NCBI GenBank assembly: GCA_963804165.1
Contig: CAWDPO010000017.1
Span: 384,001 to 448,000, forward strand
Direction: 5' to 3'
Length of the DNA: 64,000 bases
Source: an uncultured delta proteobacterium
GTDB taxonomy: Bacteria > Desulfobacterota > Binatia > UBA9968
Shown here: piece after piece, positions 10,528-20,736 of the stretch
How positions within the stretch are numbered: position 1 is the stretch's first letter
Layout of the letters: every line of letters begins with the position of its first letter
Made by a program: the position numbers and the translations under genes
The notes under the pieces: generated by a model
Told to the model about the DNA's origin: nothing
Database searches by the model: none
The model's input: the letters and a program-made list of their open reading frames with translations, nothing else

Positions 10528-11742
10528 GTGAATACCACCAACGACATACTTAAAGGCGTGCGCATTGTCGCCTTCACCACCGGTTACGCCGGTCCGTACG
10601 CCGGCAGGTTGCTCGCCGGTTATGGCGCGGAAGTGATCAAGATCGAGTCCAAGAAGGGCGGTCTCGATACCTTTCGTCATTACGGCCAGCACAAAGACAT
10701 CGATGCGGCGCCGCGCTTTATCGAGTGCAATCTCGGTGTGCGCTCAATGGCGATCAATCTAAAGCATCCCACCGGCGCGCGGCTGATTCGCGAGCTGGCC
10801 GGAAAATCAGACGGGGTCTTGCAGAATTTCCGTCCTAGGGTCTTGGATAAATTGGGTTTAAGCGACGACGAGTTGAGAAAATCTAATGCAAAGCTTGTGA
10901 TCGTGAAACTTCCCGGCTTTGGCAGCGAGGGGCCGAAGAGCAGCTACGGAACCTGGGGTTTTAATCTCACGGCGTTTTCCGGCATGACCTATCTGTGGAA
11001 TCATCCGGAACAGGATCGTCCCATCGGCAGCCAAGGCGTCTATCCGGATCACTTGGGTTTCGTCATGGCGCCGACATTGATCGTCGCTGCGCTGCTCAAT
11101 AGCCGTCGCACGGGCAAAGGCGTGACCATCGATCTGGCGCAGATCGAAGGGACCGCGGCCGTTCTGGGCACGACCTATCTGGAGACGTCGGTCAACGGCG
11201 ATGATCCGCAACCCAAAGGCAATCACTACGCCGTTGCTGCGCCGCATGGTTGTTACCGCTGCCAGGGTGAAGACCGCTGGTGTGTAATCTCGGTCCGCGG
11301 CGACGACGAGTGGCGTGGATTCTGCCGCGTTATCGGACGCGGCGAGTTGGTGAGCGACGCGCGTTTTGTGAGTTTAGCGGCGCGGCTGGAGCAGCGCGCG
11401 GCGCTTGACGCAATCGTCGAGGAGTGGACTCGAGCGCGTCCCGCGGAAGAGGTGATGACGAAGCTGCAAGGGGCGGGCGTGCCGGCCGGTGTGGTGCAGA
11501 CCGGTGCCGATCTATCAAAAGATGCGCAACTGCGCCACAGAAACTATTTCGCCCCATTCGCCGATTCGCTGATCGGACCCTTTGAAATTCCACGCAGCGG
11601 TTTCTTGTTTCGCGGCGCGCAGGAAGAACCTTTGCGCTTGCCCAACCGCTTTGGCGCTGACAACGACGCGATTCTCAGTGAGCTACTCGGCTATGACCGA
11701 GCGACGATCGAGCAATGGCGCCAGGAAGAGATCTTGACATAA
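10528..11742 (+). CDS. Class III (CaiB/BaiF) CoA-transferase, probable catalytic subunit
   Basis: AGPYAGRLLA, GAEVIKIES, QNFRP, GFGSEGP, with Asp retained in GVYPDHL. Confidence 0.9.
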   Translation: MNTTNDILKGVRIVAFTTGYAGPYAGRLLAGYGAEVIKIESKKGGLDTFRHYGQHKDIDAAPRFIECNLGVRSMAINLKHPTGARLIRELAGKSDGVLQNFRPRVLDKLGLSDDELRKSNAKLVIVKLPGFGSEGPKSSYGTWGFNLTAFSGMTYLWNHPEQDRPIGSQGVYPDHLGFVMAPTLIVAALLNSRRTGKGVTIDLAQIEGTAAVLGTTYLETSVNGDDPQPKGNHYAVAAPHGCYRCQGEDRWCVISVRGDDEWRGFCRVIGRGELVSDARFVSLAARLEQRAALDAIVEEWTRARPAEEVMTKLQGAGVPAGVVQTGADLSKDAQLRHRNYFAPFADSLIGPFEIPRSGFLFRGAQEEPLRLPNRFGADNDAILSELLGYDRATIEQWRQEEILT

Positions 11743-11845
11743 CGTCTCGGTTTACGCCTGGAAGCGTTCACGAAACCATTCAAAGCGTCGCGAGTTAACG
11801 GAAAGTCGGCTGACGTTTCTTCACGTTTAGGAGATTGCATTGAAC

Positions 11846-11919
11846 TGTCATCCTGAGGCGAAGCCGAAGGATCTCGACTTTGAAACGAGTTTGAAATGCG
11901 AGATGCTTCGCTTTGCTCA
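11846..11919. repeat. REP-like palindrome interrupted by the IS; its right arm resumes at 13237-13244
   Basis: TGTCATCCTGAGGCGAAGCCGAAGGATCTCG...CGAGATGCTTCGCTTTGCTCA|GCATGACA. Intact family members lie at 26669 and 53334. Confidence 0.85.
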
Positions 11920-11939
11920 TCTATGAAAGCTTTGTCAAG

Positions 11940-12125
11940 GTGGCTGATATTCACATATCGATATTCCGTCAAAGGTTTTGAACAAACTTACTCATATCGT
12001 CCGTAGTCCTGCGCACCCGATGTTATCGGACTCATGCTATTCGCCGTCTTAAGCGGCAGAGGAAAATGCCACAGGGCTGTCGCAATCAGCATTCGAGCCT
12101 TGTTTGGCTCATGAGCGAAACGCGC
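11940..12125 (-). ncRNA. Putative bridge/seek RNA of the IS1111-type element
   Basis: Non-coding region downstream of the recombinase. An internal loop UUCGCUCA-[GAGCC/GGCUC hairpin]-AUGCUGA matches both halves of the insertion site. Ends are approximate. Confidence 0.7.
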
Positions 12126-13166
12126 TTAGCCCCGCGTGGACGACATCGGTTCCCGATAGGACTCTCCCTTCTTAAGCATCCAGAAAGCCGCCTCGGCCAA
12201 GTGTCGGGCGACCGCCACAATCGCTTTGCCATGACCGCGCCTGGCTTTGACGTTTTCATACAGCCGGCTGATATGTCGGTACTGGCAGCGCTCGCGGTTG
12301 AGCACCGCGCTGTTGGCCGCCTCGACGAAGGCCCACTTGAGATACAGGTTCACATCTTTGCGCACCCGCCCGTAGCGGATCTTGCCGCCACTGGAGTTCT
12401 CTCGCGGTACCAGTCCCGCATAGCTCGCCAACTGTTCGGCTCGGCCAAAGCGTTCGATGGTGCCGATCTCAGTCCAAATCACCACCGCCAGCATTTCACC
12501 GACCCCCGGCTCACTCTTCAAGTAGGTCGTCTGGGGGCAGGGAGCAAACGCTGCTTGCATCTTTGCTTCGATGACCTTGAGATTGGCTTGTACATGATCG
12601 AGTTCGTCAAGCATCAACTTCAGCGCTTCGCCGGTATGAGGGGGCAGTTTAGCCAGCAGTCCTTCGAGGATCTGTCGTCCCTGCTTGCCAAAGGCGTCGC
12701 TGATTCCGTCCACCTTAAAGCCGTACTTACTTATAGTGGCGTGAATCCGATTCTTGAGTTGGGTGCGTTGATTGCTCAACACCATGCGGGTGCGCGGCAA
12801 CTCCCGAGCGTCGCGCACCGCGGACGGGGGAATCCGGACCGTCGGCAGGGTTCCTGCCCTCTGCAAACGGTTCATTCCTTTGGCATCCAACTTATCGCTC
12901 TTGTTGACGCTGCCGATCATCAGCTTGGCCAAGCGTGCATTGACCAGTTGCGGACTCCCTTTTCCAACTTCGATCTCATCGACTACCCAGTACCAGTTCC
13001 CAACCGTCTCCACCGCCACGGGAGTTCCGGGATTCCACTTCTTGGTAAAGTTCTCGATGGTTCCACCAACGTGCGCGAGTTTGCACTCATAGAGCTTATC
13101 GCCCTTGTCGTTTTCCACTCGCGCCCAGCTGTAGTGCTTGTGAACATCCAATGCAATGTATTCCAT
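12126..13166 (-). CDS. IS110-family DEDD recombinase/transposase
   Basis: IALDVHK, VAVETVG, KSDKLDA (RuvC-like DEDD). C-terminal PGVG and GLVPRENSSGG...LKWAFVEAA. Confidence 0.96.
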   Translation of the reverse strand: MEYIALDVHKHYSWARVENDKGDKLYECKLAHVGGTIENFTKKWNPGTPVAVETVGNWYWVVDEIEVGKGSPQLVNARLAKLMIGSVNKSDKLDAKGMNRLQRAGTLPTVRIPPSAVRDARELPRTRMVLSNQRTQLKNRIHATISKYGFKVDGISDAFGKQGRQILEGLLAKLPPHTGEALKLMLDELDHVQANLKVIEAKMQAAFAPCPQTTYLKSEPGVGEMLAVVIWTEIGTIERFGRAEQLASYAGLVPRENSSGGKIRYGRVRKDVNLYLKWAFVEAANSAVLNRERCQYRHISRLYENVKARRGHGKAIVAVARHLAEAAFWMLKKGESYREPMSSTRG

Positions 13167-13357
13167 TTGCGATTTCCTCCTTCACCCGCCAGTCTAGTCA
13201 CTGACGCTGTGGATTCCATCGCTTTCATATTAATCAGCATGACACTTAAGTGTTTGGGCGGTTTGCGACCTGTGTAGGATCGGCGAGAGAGTGGATTTGG
13301 AGAAAGTTAGCCAGACCTCTCATAGTTTCTGTCGCGCGTTCGGTCGAGGGGGAAAAT

Positions 13358-14338
13358 ATGTTTGGAGTGTCCGCTTCCCTGGCGCTTTTCCTCGTATTCG
13401 TCGGTCAAGCTGAGATCACCTACGCGCAAGAGCCGGTTAAACTCCGTGCCAGCGTGGTGGCAAAAACGTTCGGCTTCGGCCCGCTCTGGGTGGCATCGAA
13501 GCAGGGATTTTTCAGCCAGCAAAAGCTCGACGTAGAAATTCTTCTGATTCGCGGGTCCGATGTATCCACTCAAGCATTAGCCGGCGGTTCGTTGCAAATT
13601 TCCGGCGCGTCTGCCGATGCGCCGATCGCCGCCTTTGATCGCGGCCTGGACATGGTGATTATCGGCGGCATCATCAATGGGCTGAGCCAATCGATCATGG
13701 CGGGCAAGAATTATAGGACCTACGAAGACTTGCGCGGCGCTACGCTCGGTGCCAATAGCCTCACCGCCGGGACGGCATTTGCTTTCCGGCGCGTGCTCAA
13801 AGCGAAGGGACTGGAATATCCGCGCGATTACAAACTGATTAACGTGGGCGGAACGCCGCAAGCGCTCGCGGCGTTAGCTTCGGGCCAAATCGCCGCAGCG
13901 CCGCTGTCGTTACCCGTAAATTACGTGGCCGAGGAGCAAGGATTCAATACCATCGGTCGCTTCATCGACGTTATCCCGCACTATCAGCTCTCGGTGTACT
14001 CGGTGCTTCGGCCCTGGGCGGAAAAAAATCGTGCGGTTGTCGTTCGCTTCATGAAGTCGATCGCACTGGCGGCGCGCTGGATTTACGCGAATAAGGATGC
14101 CGCGACGGATTTGCTCGCCAAGGAGATGGGCCTCAAGCGCGAATACGCGCGCAAAGGTTGGGAGTTTTACACCGAGAAGGGTCTTTGGAATCCGGTCGGT
14201 GACGTGACCCTCGACGGACTCGGCATCGTCGCACAAATCTACGCCGAACAGAATCAGTTGAAGACGCCGCCCAATCCGGCCAAGTTCGTCGACCAAAGTT
14301 ATCTGCGTGCTGCGCTAAAAGAGATGGATGGAAGGTAG
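13358..14338 (+). CDS. ABC substrate-binding protein, NMT1/SsuA-like
   Basis: Signal peptide, PLWVASKQGFF, EDLRGATLG, GGTPQALAALASG. Confidence 0.88.
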   Translation: MFGVSASLALFLVFVGQAEITYAQEPVKLRASVVAKTFGFGPLWVASKQGFFSQQKLDVEILLIRGSDVSTQALAGGSLQISGASADAPIAAFDRGLDMVIIGGIINGLSQSIMAGKNYRTYEDLRGATLGANSLTAGTAFAFRRVLKAKGLEYPRDYKLINVGGTPQALAALASGQIAAAPLSLPVNYVAEEQGFNTIGRFIDVIPHYQLSVYSVLRPWAEKNRAVVVRFMKSIALAARWIYANKDAATDLLAKEMGLKREYARKGWEFYTEKGLWNPVGDVTLDGLGIVAQIYAEQNQLKTPPNPAKFVDQSYLRAALKEMDGR

Positions 14339-14482
14339 GATTCGAACTTCGTCGGAGATGTTCAAACCGTATCCTTCGTTACGGATGTGTTACGTGATTC
14401 TCGATCGTCCGCGCGCGATCTCTTGAATATTTTTCCACGTGACCCTAAACTCGGCGATCAATGTCAGTGGGATCCGCCTAGA

Positions 14483-15019
14483 GTGATAAACCCGCCCAAG
14501 ACTCTCAAGACCGAACGTCTGCGATTGAGAAAAGCAAAATTGAGCGATGCCGAGGCGATTTTTTGCCAGTACGCTCAAGATCCGGAAGTCACCAAGTACG
14601 TCAGTTGGCACGCGCACAGAGACCTGGAAGAGACGCGCGAGTACATGCGTATGTGCCAGCTCGCCTGGGACGTCGGCAAGGCGTTTCACTGGGTCATCGA
14701 GCGAAACGAAGACAAACAAGTGATCGGCATGATGATCGCGAGAGTGAGCGGAGAAAAATGGGAGCTCGGTTACGTTCTGGCGCGTATTCATTGGGGCCGA
14801 GGATATATGACCGAAGCCCTGAAGGGATTGGTCGCGTGGGCGCTCAAGCAGAAAGATATTTTTCGCATCTGGGCGGTGTGTGACGTCGACAACCTCGCTT
14901 CCGCCCGCGTTATGGAAAAAGCCGGCATGGAACGCGAAGGGGTGCTGCGCCGCTGGTCGGTTCATCCCAATTTGAGTCCTGAGCCGCGGGACTCGTATTG
15001 CTACGCGATTACGAAGTGA
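14483..15019 (+). CDS. GNAT N-acetyltransferase, RimJ/RimL-like
   Basis: LKTERLRLR, ELGYVL..HWGRGYMTEAL, DNLASARVMEKAGM. The GTG start at 14483 is inferred. Confidence 0.9.
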   Translation: MINPPKTLKTERLRLRKAKLSDAEAIFCQYAQDPEVTKYVSWHAHRDLEETREYMRMCQLAWDVGKAFHWVIERNEDKQVIGMMIARVSGEKWELGYVLARIHWGRGYMTEALKGLVAWALKQKDIFRIWAVCDVDNLASARVMEKAGMEREGVLRRWSVHPNLSPEPRDSYCYAITK

Positions 15020-15084
15020 AGAAAAAGATTGAAGTGTTGCAGTAATGGAGTAGTGGAGTGATGGGTGAGGAGAAGAGGTTCCCG

Positions 15085-16135
15085 ATGGCAGCTTGGGAAA
15101 TTGGCATTCGCAGGATTACGGTCAAATACATGGGCGTCGCTGTCCTTACATTTTTGACATTGGTCTGCGGTCCATCGGGCGCGCACGCCGCCAGCGATGC
15201 TATCGGCTCACTGGAAAAGACGGAACTTGTCTTGGCCTATCCTCAGGCGAGCGGAGTTTTCACGCCGATCTTCGTCGGCGAGCGAAGCAGGTCTATTCAA
15301 GAAACACGGTCTCACCGTCAAACTCCAGCAGCTCAATCCGCAACTCTCCGTGCAGGCCGTGGTTTCCGGATCGGCCGATGTCTCGGTTGCCGCCGGCGAC
15401 CTGGTTAACGCCAGCATTCAAGGGGCAAAGATCAAGCTGGTCGGCAGCTCCATGTCGCAGCTTGTTTTTCAACTTTGGGCAGCCAAAGAAATTACTACTG
15501 TCCAACAGCTCAAGGGAAAAACGCTTGCCGGGACGACGCCACGCTCGGTTCTCGAAATCGCCACCAGAGAAGCTTTGAAGCGCCAGGGACTTAACTTCGA
15601 AAGCGATTACAAACTGATCTACATGCAAAGCGTGCCGGCGATTCTTACGGCGATTTCGACAGGCAAAGCCGCAGCCGGGGCCTTGTCGGCGCCGACGACT
15701 TTGAAAGCAAAGGACGCCGGTTTGAATTTGCTCGTCGATATCGCCAAGGCCAACGTTGCCGGACTGCCGCTGGCTTATGGTTTCACCGAGAAATTCATCA
15801 AAGAGAATCCCGGCACAATCACGGCATTTCTAAAGGGAGTCGCCGAAGGCGTGGCGCGCACCAAGAACGATTCGGTCACGGCCAAACAGGCCATCGGCAA
15901 ATTCACCAAGACCGACGATGCCAAAGTGATCGACGACACCTACGATTTCTATGCGCCGTATTGGGTGACGAATCTGACGCTTAGGCCGGAACAGTTGCAA
16001 ACCTGGTTTAGTTATCTCGACGATAAAGAGTATCCGCAGGCCGCAAAGGCGAACCCGAAAGACTTCTACGATAATTCGTTTGTCGAGGCGTTGGAGAAGT
16101 CAGGCTTCTTTCAAAAGCTCGCCCAAGCAAAGTGA
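15085..16135 (+). CDS. NMT1/SsuA-like substrate-binding protein, frameshifted near 15280
   Basis: The signal peptide is in one frame and EAGLFKKHGL...QLKGKTLA...FFQKL in another. Confidence 0.8.
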
Positions 16136-16168
16136 GCGCCGGCGTTTACGCATCAGCCGAGGTGATCC

Positions 16169-17148
16169 ATGTCAAAGTTGATTAGAGCCCTGGCGATTCT
16201 ACTGATGATCGTGGGCGCGACGTCGGCTTCAGCTCAAGACCGCGTGCGCGTCGGTTGGGCGGCCATGACTGCGTCACACACGCCGTTATGGGTGGCCCAG
16301 GAGAAAGGATTCTTGTCGAAGCAGGGACTGTTCGTCGAGCCGATTTTTTTCGGCGCCGGTCCGCCGGCGATGCAAGCGTTGGTTGCCGGCGACCTCGATA
16401 TTGTGGTTACGTCGGCGCCCAATGTGGTCAATCCCCGCCTCGGCGGCGCGGACGTGGTCATGGTGCTCTCGATTATCCCGACGTTTATCGATCACATCAT
16501 CAGCGCAGCCGAGCATCCGATCCCGAACAATTGAAAGGCAAGATCGGTTCGGTCAATCGCTTCGGCAGCATCTCGGAGATGGGGTTGCGGCTATCGTCGC
16601 GCCGCCTGGGCATCGATCCCGAAAAGGACGTGACGATCGTGCCCGCAGGCGGGAATCCCGAGCGGCTCGCGTCTATTTCTAAAGGGATTTCTCAATTTAC
16701 CATCATGAACGAGCCGTTTATCAAAGAAGCGGAGCGTCTCGGCTTTCGCGATCTGGTCAACATGGCGACGCTGAAAATTCCTTTCCATGGCAATGGCGTG
16801 GTGACGCGCGAGGCGACCATCAAAGCGCGACGGCCGGTCATCACAAAATTTGCGCGCGCCATCACCGAAGCGATCCATTACATAAAAGCCGATAAAGAAA
16901 CCACGAAGGCGATCATCGGCAAGTACACCCGGCTCGCGGACCCGGAGGGACTGGAGCGGACCTATCGGAACTACACCTCGGTGTTGATGGATATCCGTCG
17001 CCCGATCCCGCCGGCATGAAAACATTGCTCGATGACATGGCGCCGAAAAACCCCAAAGCCGCGGCCGCCGATCCGAAAAGCTTCGTCGACCAAAGTTTGT
17101 TCAGGAAATGGAGACCGCGGCTTTATCAAGCAGCTACACAAACGCTAA
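16169..17148 (+). CDS. NMT1/SsuA-like substrate-binding protein, several frameshifts
   Basis: ORF pieces 16169-16534, 16255-17019 and 17016 onward join into one SBP (PLWVAQEKGF, QLKGKIG, GGNPERLA, DPKSFVD). Confidence 0.8.
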
Positions 17149-17485
17149 CGGGACCATTGGCGGAAGGTCGCGGCCTGCTACCGCTTTTCTTTCCGCTCTA
17201 GGTTCCTCAGCTTGTGATTGCAAGCGGAGCGTTGTGGATGGTTGCATTTGCGATATTCGTCGTCATCTACACGCCCATCCTGACCCAAGCGAGAATCGAC
17301 AGCCGCCCGGGCTAAGGTTGTGCAAATCGGCGCGGCATAGTACTGGCTCAAAGACGACGGTCGAAGTGCCGGCGCGGATCGCGTCTGTGCTTGGCCTCCG
17401 GGTACTTAAATAGTTAAAGCGGGAACCTACATGAGCGATTAGGTTTTTGCTGCCGATAAAAAGGCTAGGCAAGGAGAGATAGTCC

Positions 17486-18497
17486 ATGAGTCAAATTATT
17501 ATCACTCGGTTCCTAGTCCTGACATTCGTCGTGATCTGCGCGATTCTACGCTGCGAGTCACCGGGATTCAGCCGCGGAAAAACTCGTTGGTCTCCAGTCT
17601 GCGCCGAGCATTGCGATGGCCTTGCCCTGGTTCGCCGAAGAAGCGCGGCTCCATCCGAAATACGATCTCGATTTTCAACTGGTTTACATCGCCTCGTCGG
17701 GCATCGTGACTGCCGCGATGAGCGGCGGCAACGGTTCGGTGGCCCTGGTCGGCGGCGAGGGACCGATCCGCGCCTTTATCGGCGGTAATACCGATTTCGT
17801 TTTCATCGGCTCGGTGAAGAATGTCCTTACGCACAGCATCATGGGCAAGCCCGAGATCAAAAGGCCGGAAGACCTGAAAGGCAAGAAAGTCGGCGTCGGC
17901 CGCATCGGCGGCAACTCCCACTACTTTGCTCAATACGGCATGCGCCAGAAAGGCATGGACCTGGCGCGAGACACTAACTTTATTCAAACCGGTGGGGCTC
18001 CTGAAACATTTCTGGCTCTGGCGACGGGTGCCGTCGATGCCGCCTCGTTGACCACGCCGCAGGACACGCGGGCAGCTTTCCTGGGTTACAATTACGTCAT
18101 CGACGGCAGAGAGCTGAAACCGCCTTACGTCGCGACCGGGTTTGTCACGTTGCGCTCGGTCATCGCCAAGCGGCCGAAGGTGGTCAGCCAGTTCATGCAC
18201 ATGATGGCGGAGTCGCTTAAAATCATGTTGTCGGATCGCGATCTGGCTTTCCGACTCATGTCAAAGAAAATCGGTCTCACCGACCGCAAGGTCTTCGACG
18301 CCGCCTACACCGCGGAGCTTAAAGTGCTGGAGCCGCGCCTGGACATTAAACCGATCGCGATCCAAGCGACCCTCGATGAGATCGCCAAAACAGACCCACG
18401 CGCCAAGCAAGTAAAAGCGGAGCAGTTGATCGACCGGCGCTTTCTCGAAGAGATGGAGAAGGACGGGACGTTTGAGCGGTTGGGACTGGCGCGCTAG
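17486..18497 (+). CDS. NMT1/SsuA-like substrate-binding protein, frameshifted near 17570-17610
   Basis: EDLKGKKVGVGRIG, GGAPETFLAL. Paralogous to 23714-24727. Confidence 0.83.
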
Positions 18498-18649
18498 GTG
18501 GGACGCGAGCGCGTTCAAAGTTCAAGGGTTCAAGGTTCAAAGTTGGGAGAACGAAGACCTTGAACTTTTATAGGCGAGCGCGACCTTCGCGGGTAAGCTG
18601 CCATAACAAGTGACTGCTATGCCGCTATATGAGGTCATAATACGTATCG

Positions 18650-18678
18650 TTGACAACTATTAATGAAAGCAACACAAT
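18650..18678 (+). promoter_or_regulatory. Putative sigma70 promoter of the three-gene module
   Basis: TTGACA (18650-18655), 17-nt spacer, CACAAT (18673-18678), in an AT-rich stretch about 105 nt upstream of the inferred start. Confidence 0.45.
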
Positions 18679-18784
18679 CGCCGCTTAACTGAATCTCGCG
18701 CTGTGCGGAGATCGTGTATCGGTTGCTTAAGGCTGCGTGGGGTCACTTCCGGCCGCGCGGCCGAGGTGCGCTCGGAGAGAACTC

Positions 18785-19545
18785 GTGAACCTTGGCCAAG
18801 TCATCCTGACTGTTCAACACTTCACACGGCGATGGCCAGAAGTGAAGAGGTTTCCAGGCGAGGCGGCGCGTGCCGAAGGCGACACCGATGGCGGCTTCGA
18901 GCGTCACCTGCGCGCAAATCTAGAGGCAGTCGGCATTCCTGGAGATGTCGCGCTTGCGCGCGAGCTTCACTTCCACGACGGACGTCCTGGCGCGATCGTG
19001 CCTCAGCACGAGCTTGACTTGGTCATGCGACTCAGCGAGGGCCCGTGCGTTCTCGAAGCCAAGGCGTGGACTGCCGTCGTCGACAAAGACCCCATCATCG
19101 TGTTTCTCGGTAAGGTGCTCGACTTTATCGCATCGCCGAGGTCTGACTCCCTGACGGACTCGCTCAAGGTGGGCTTTATTGGCCTCTCCGGCTTCACCGA
19201 GGCCGCACGTCGGATCATGTTCGATTCGGCGTGGTGCCGTTCTCCAAGATCGGAGCCGATCTGTCGTTCCAATTCATTGACCTTCAGCTTGCCGAGCTTG
19301 AGCGATGTTGTATCAATGCTAGTGATGTAGGGGCGGAGGATGTGATCACGGCCCGCGCATTCATCGGGCCTTTCGTGGCTTTTGAGCGCAGGGAACTCAC
19401 CACAATTGTGCGAGTCGAGGGCGACGAGGCCATTGTGGACCTTGCCGGACTCAGGCGCGGGGCGGAACTGTATGAAGAGGCTAGGACTGCCCATGCTTAT
19501 GCCCTGGACATTTACCGCAAAGTGAGTAAGCGCTTCACGGTGTGA
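18785..19545 (+). CDS. PD-(D/E)XK restriction-endonuclease-like protein, one frameshift near 19222
   Basis: GTG after GGAGAG. GGFERHL...HELDLV...VLEAKAW...GLSGFTEAAR has Mrr-like motif spacing. The C-terminus is in ORF 19231-19545. Confidence 0.65.
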
Positions 19546-19558
19546 GCAGGGAAACGCG

Positions 19559-20726
19559 ATGCCCAACATCACTCATTTCAACGTCAGCGACGTCGCGCTC
19601 TACTATCAGGGGCTGGTTGCGCTAGCGGCGTCCCCGATGGCGAGCGCGGTCGCAGCTGAAGAGATACGGAGGCGCGCTGTCACCTATGTCGAAAGGCGTC
19701 GGGCTATCTTTTCTCTGCCATCGCCACGAGGACAACTCGACACGCTGGGTGAGAAGATTCTTTTTGACTTGCGCCAGATGGACCTTGCCACTGTCGCGGA
19801 CACAAAAGTTAAACTTACCGCAGCCGGCCTCGCCATCGTAGACAGTCTGAAAAAAGGCGAAGGCCGTCGGGCGCGGCTTGCGATCCTCGCACGGCTCGTC
19901 GAGACCTACGACAACGCCGCATTCCTCTGCACAACGGTCACTCCACCGAAGGGCAAGCCCCTCTTCGTACCGATTCCGCGCGCGACGACGGAGGAGATCG
20001 AGGACGACGAGGGGGAGACCCGTCTTGTGCCGGCCAACCTGGAGTCCGTATGCGCAGCGTGGGTGGAGTGGAGTCTGGAAAACCACCGGCCGGACCTCAT
20101 GCCTCCCGATCTTCAGAAGCAGACGGAGGCACTTGTGGAGGCGTCCAAAGACAAGCGCGGCTTCGCCGAGAAGGCCGCAACGCTCTCGCGCAGATTGTGG
20201 TGGGCACAGCCACGAAGGGCCACATCGCCAAGGCCCCAATCTACCGTACTGTCCGGGATCGCCTGAGCACGGCAGGCGGCCTTAACAGCATCATACGTCC
20301 TGTCCCAGAGAAACCGCTCTCCGTCGAGGTCGTGTTCTCTTGCATGCATTTTGGCCCGCCTTCGTCGCGCGGTGGAAGAGTGGCAGCCGCTGGGGCGGTA
20401 AGTTCATCCCGGACATCTGGATTCACGAGGCGGAGCCAGCACACTTGGAGTCGAGCGTCCTTACGGCACTCCGAGAGGCGCAATCCTCCCTCGTCGAGCG
20501 CGCTGGCTACTATAGGATCTACGAGCTTCGAGACCGAGTCTGCGAGGCACTCGCATTGTCGCAAGGAATGTTCGACTCGGTCTTCGTTTACATATATCGA
20601 ACGCGACCCGGTTTGATGACGCTAGGGGTCGATTACGAGAAGATTACGGCCAAGCGTCTTCCAATCGAGATCCGCGATGGGACCTCATCCAATCTCTTTA
20701 ACCTTGTCGCCTTCAAGGGCGAGTAG
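19559..20726 (+). CDS. Uncharacterised protein with probable N- and C-terminal winged-helix domains, two frameshifts
   Basis: Pieces 19559-20266, part of 20050-20616 and 20340-20726 join. LFDLRQMDLATVADTKVKLTAAG and IYELRDRVCEALALSQGMFDSVF look like wHTH. Confidence 0.55.
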
Positions 20727-20736
20727 GAGGTAGCAC

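Larger units (their letters stand above)
11920..13236 (-). mobile_element. Complete IS110-family element, IS1111 subgroup (about 1.32 kb)
   Basis: 9-bp subterminal inverted repeats TATGAAAGC (11922-11930) and GCTTTCATA (13221-13229). TCA core on both sides (11917-11919, 13234-13236). Removing the element restores the REP arm. The long non-coding end lies 3' of the transposase. Confidence 0.9.

Noticed and set aside
12066-13277. 403-aa plus-strand ORF over the IS
   Set aside because: It is the antisense shadow of the recombinase and has no recognisable motifs.
18598-18655. GCCATAAC...GTTGAC as an attC site before the three-gene module
   Set aside because: No convincing inner inverted repeat was found.
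18650-18670. TTGACA..TTAATGAAAGC resembles the IS1111 end or junction
   Set aside because: The match is short, with no partner inverted repeat or core. It is better explained as a promoter.
19200-20400. Programmed frameshifting in the candidate defence genes
   Set aside because: No slippery sites were seen, and similar indels occur throughout the window.
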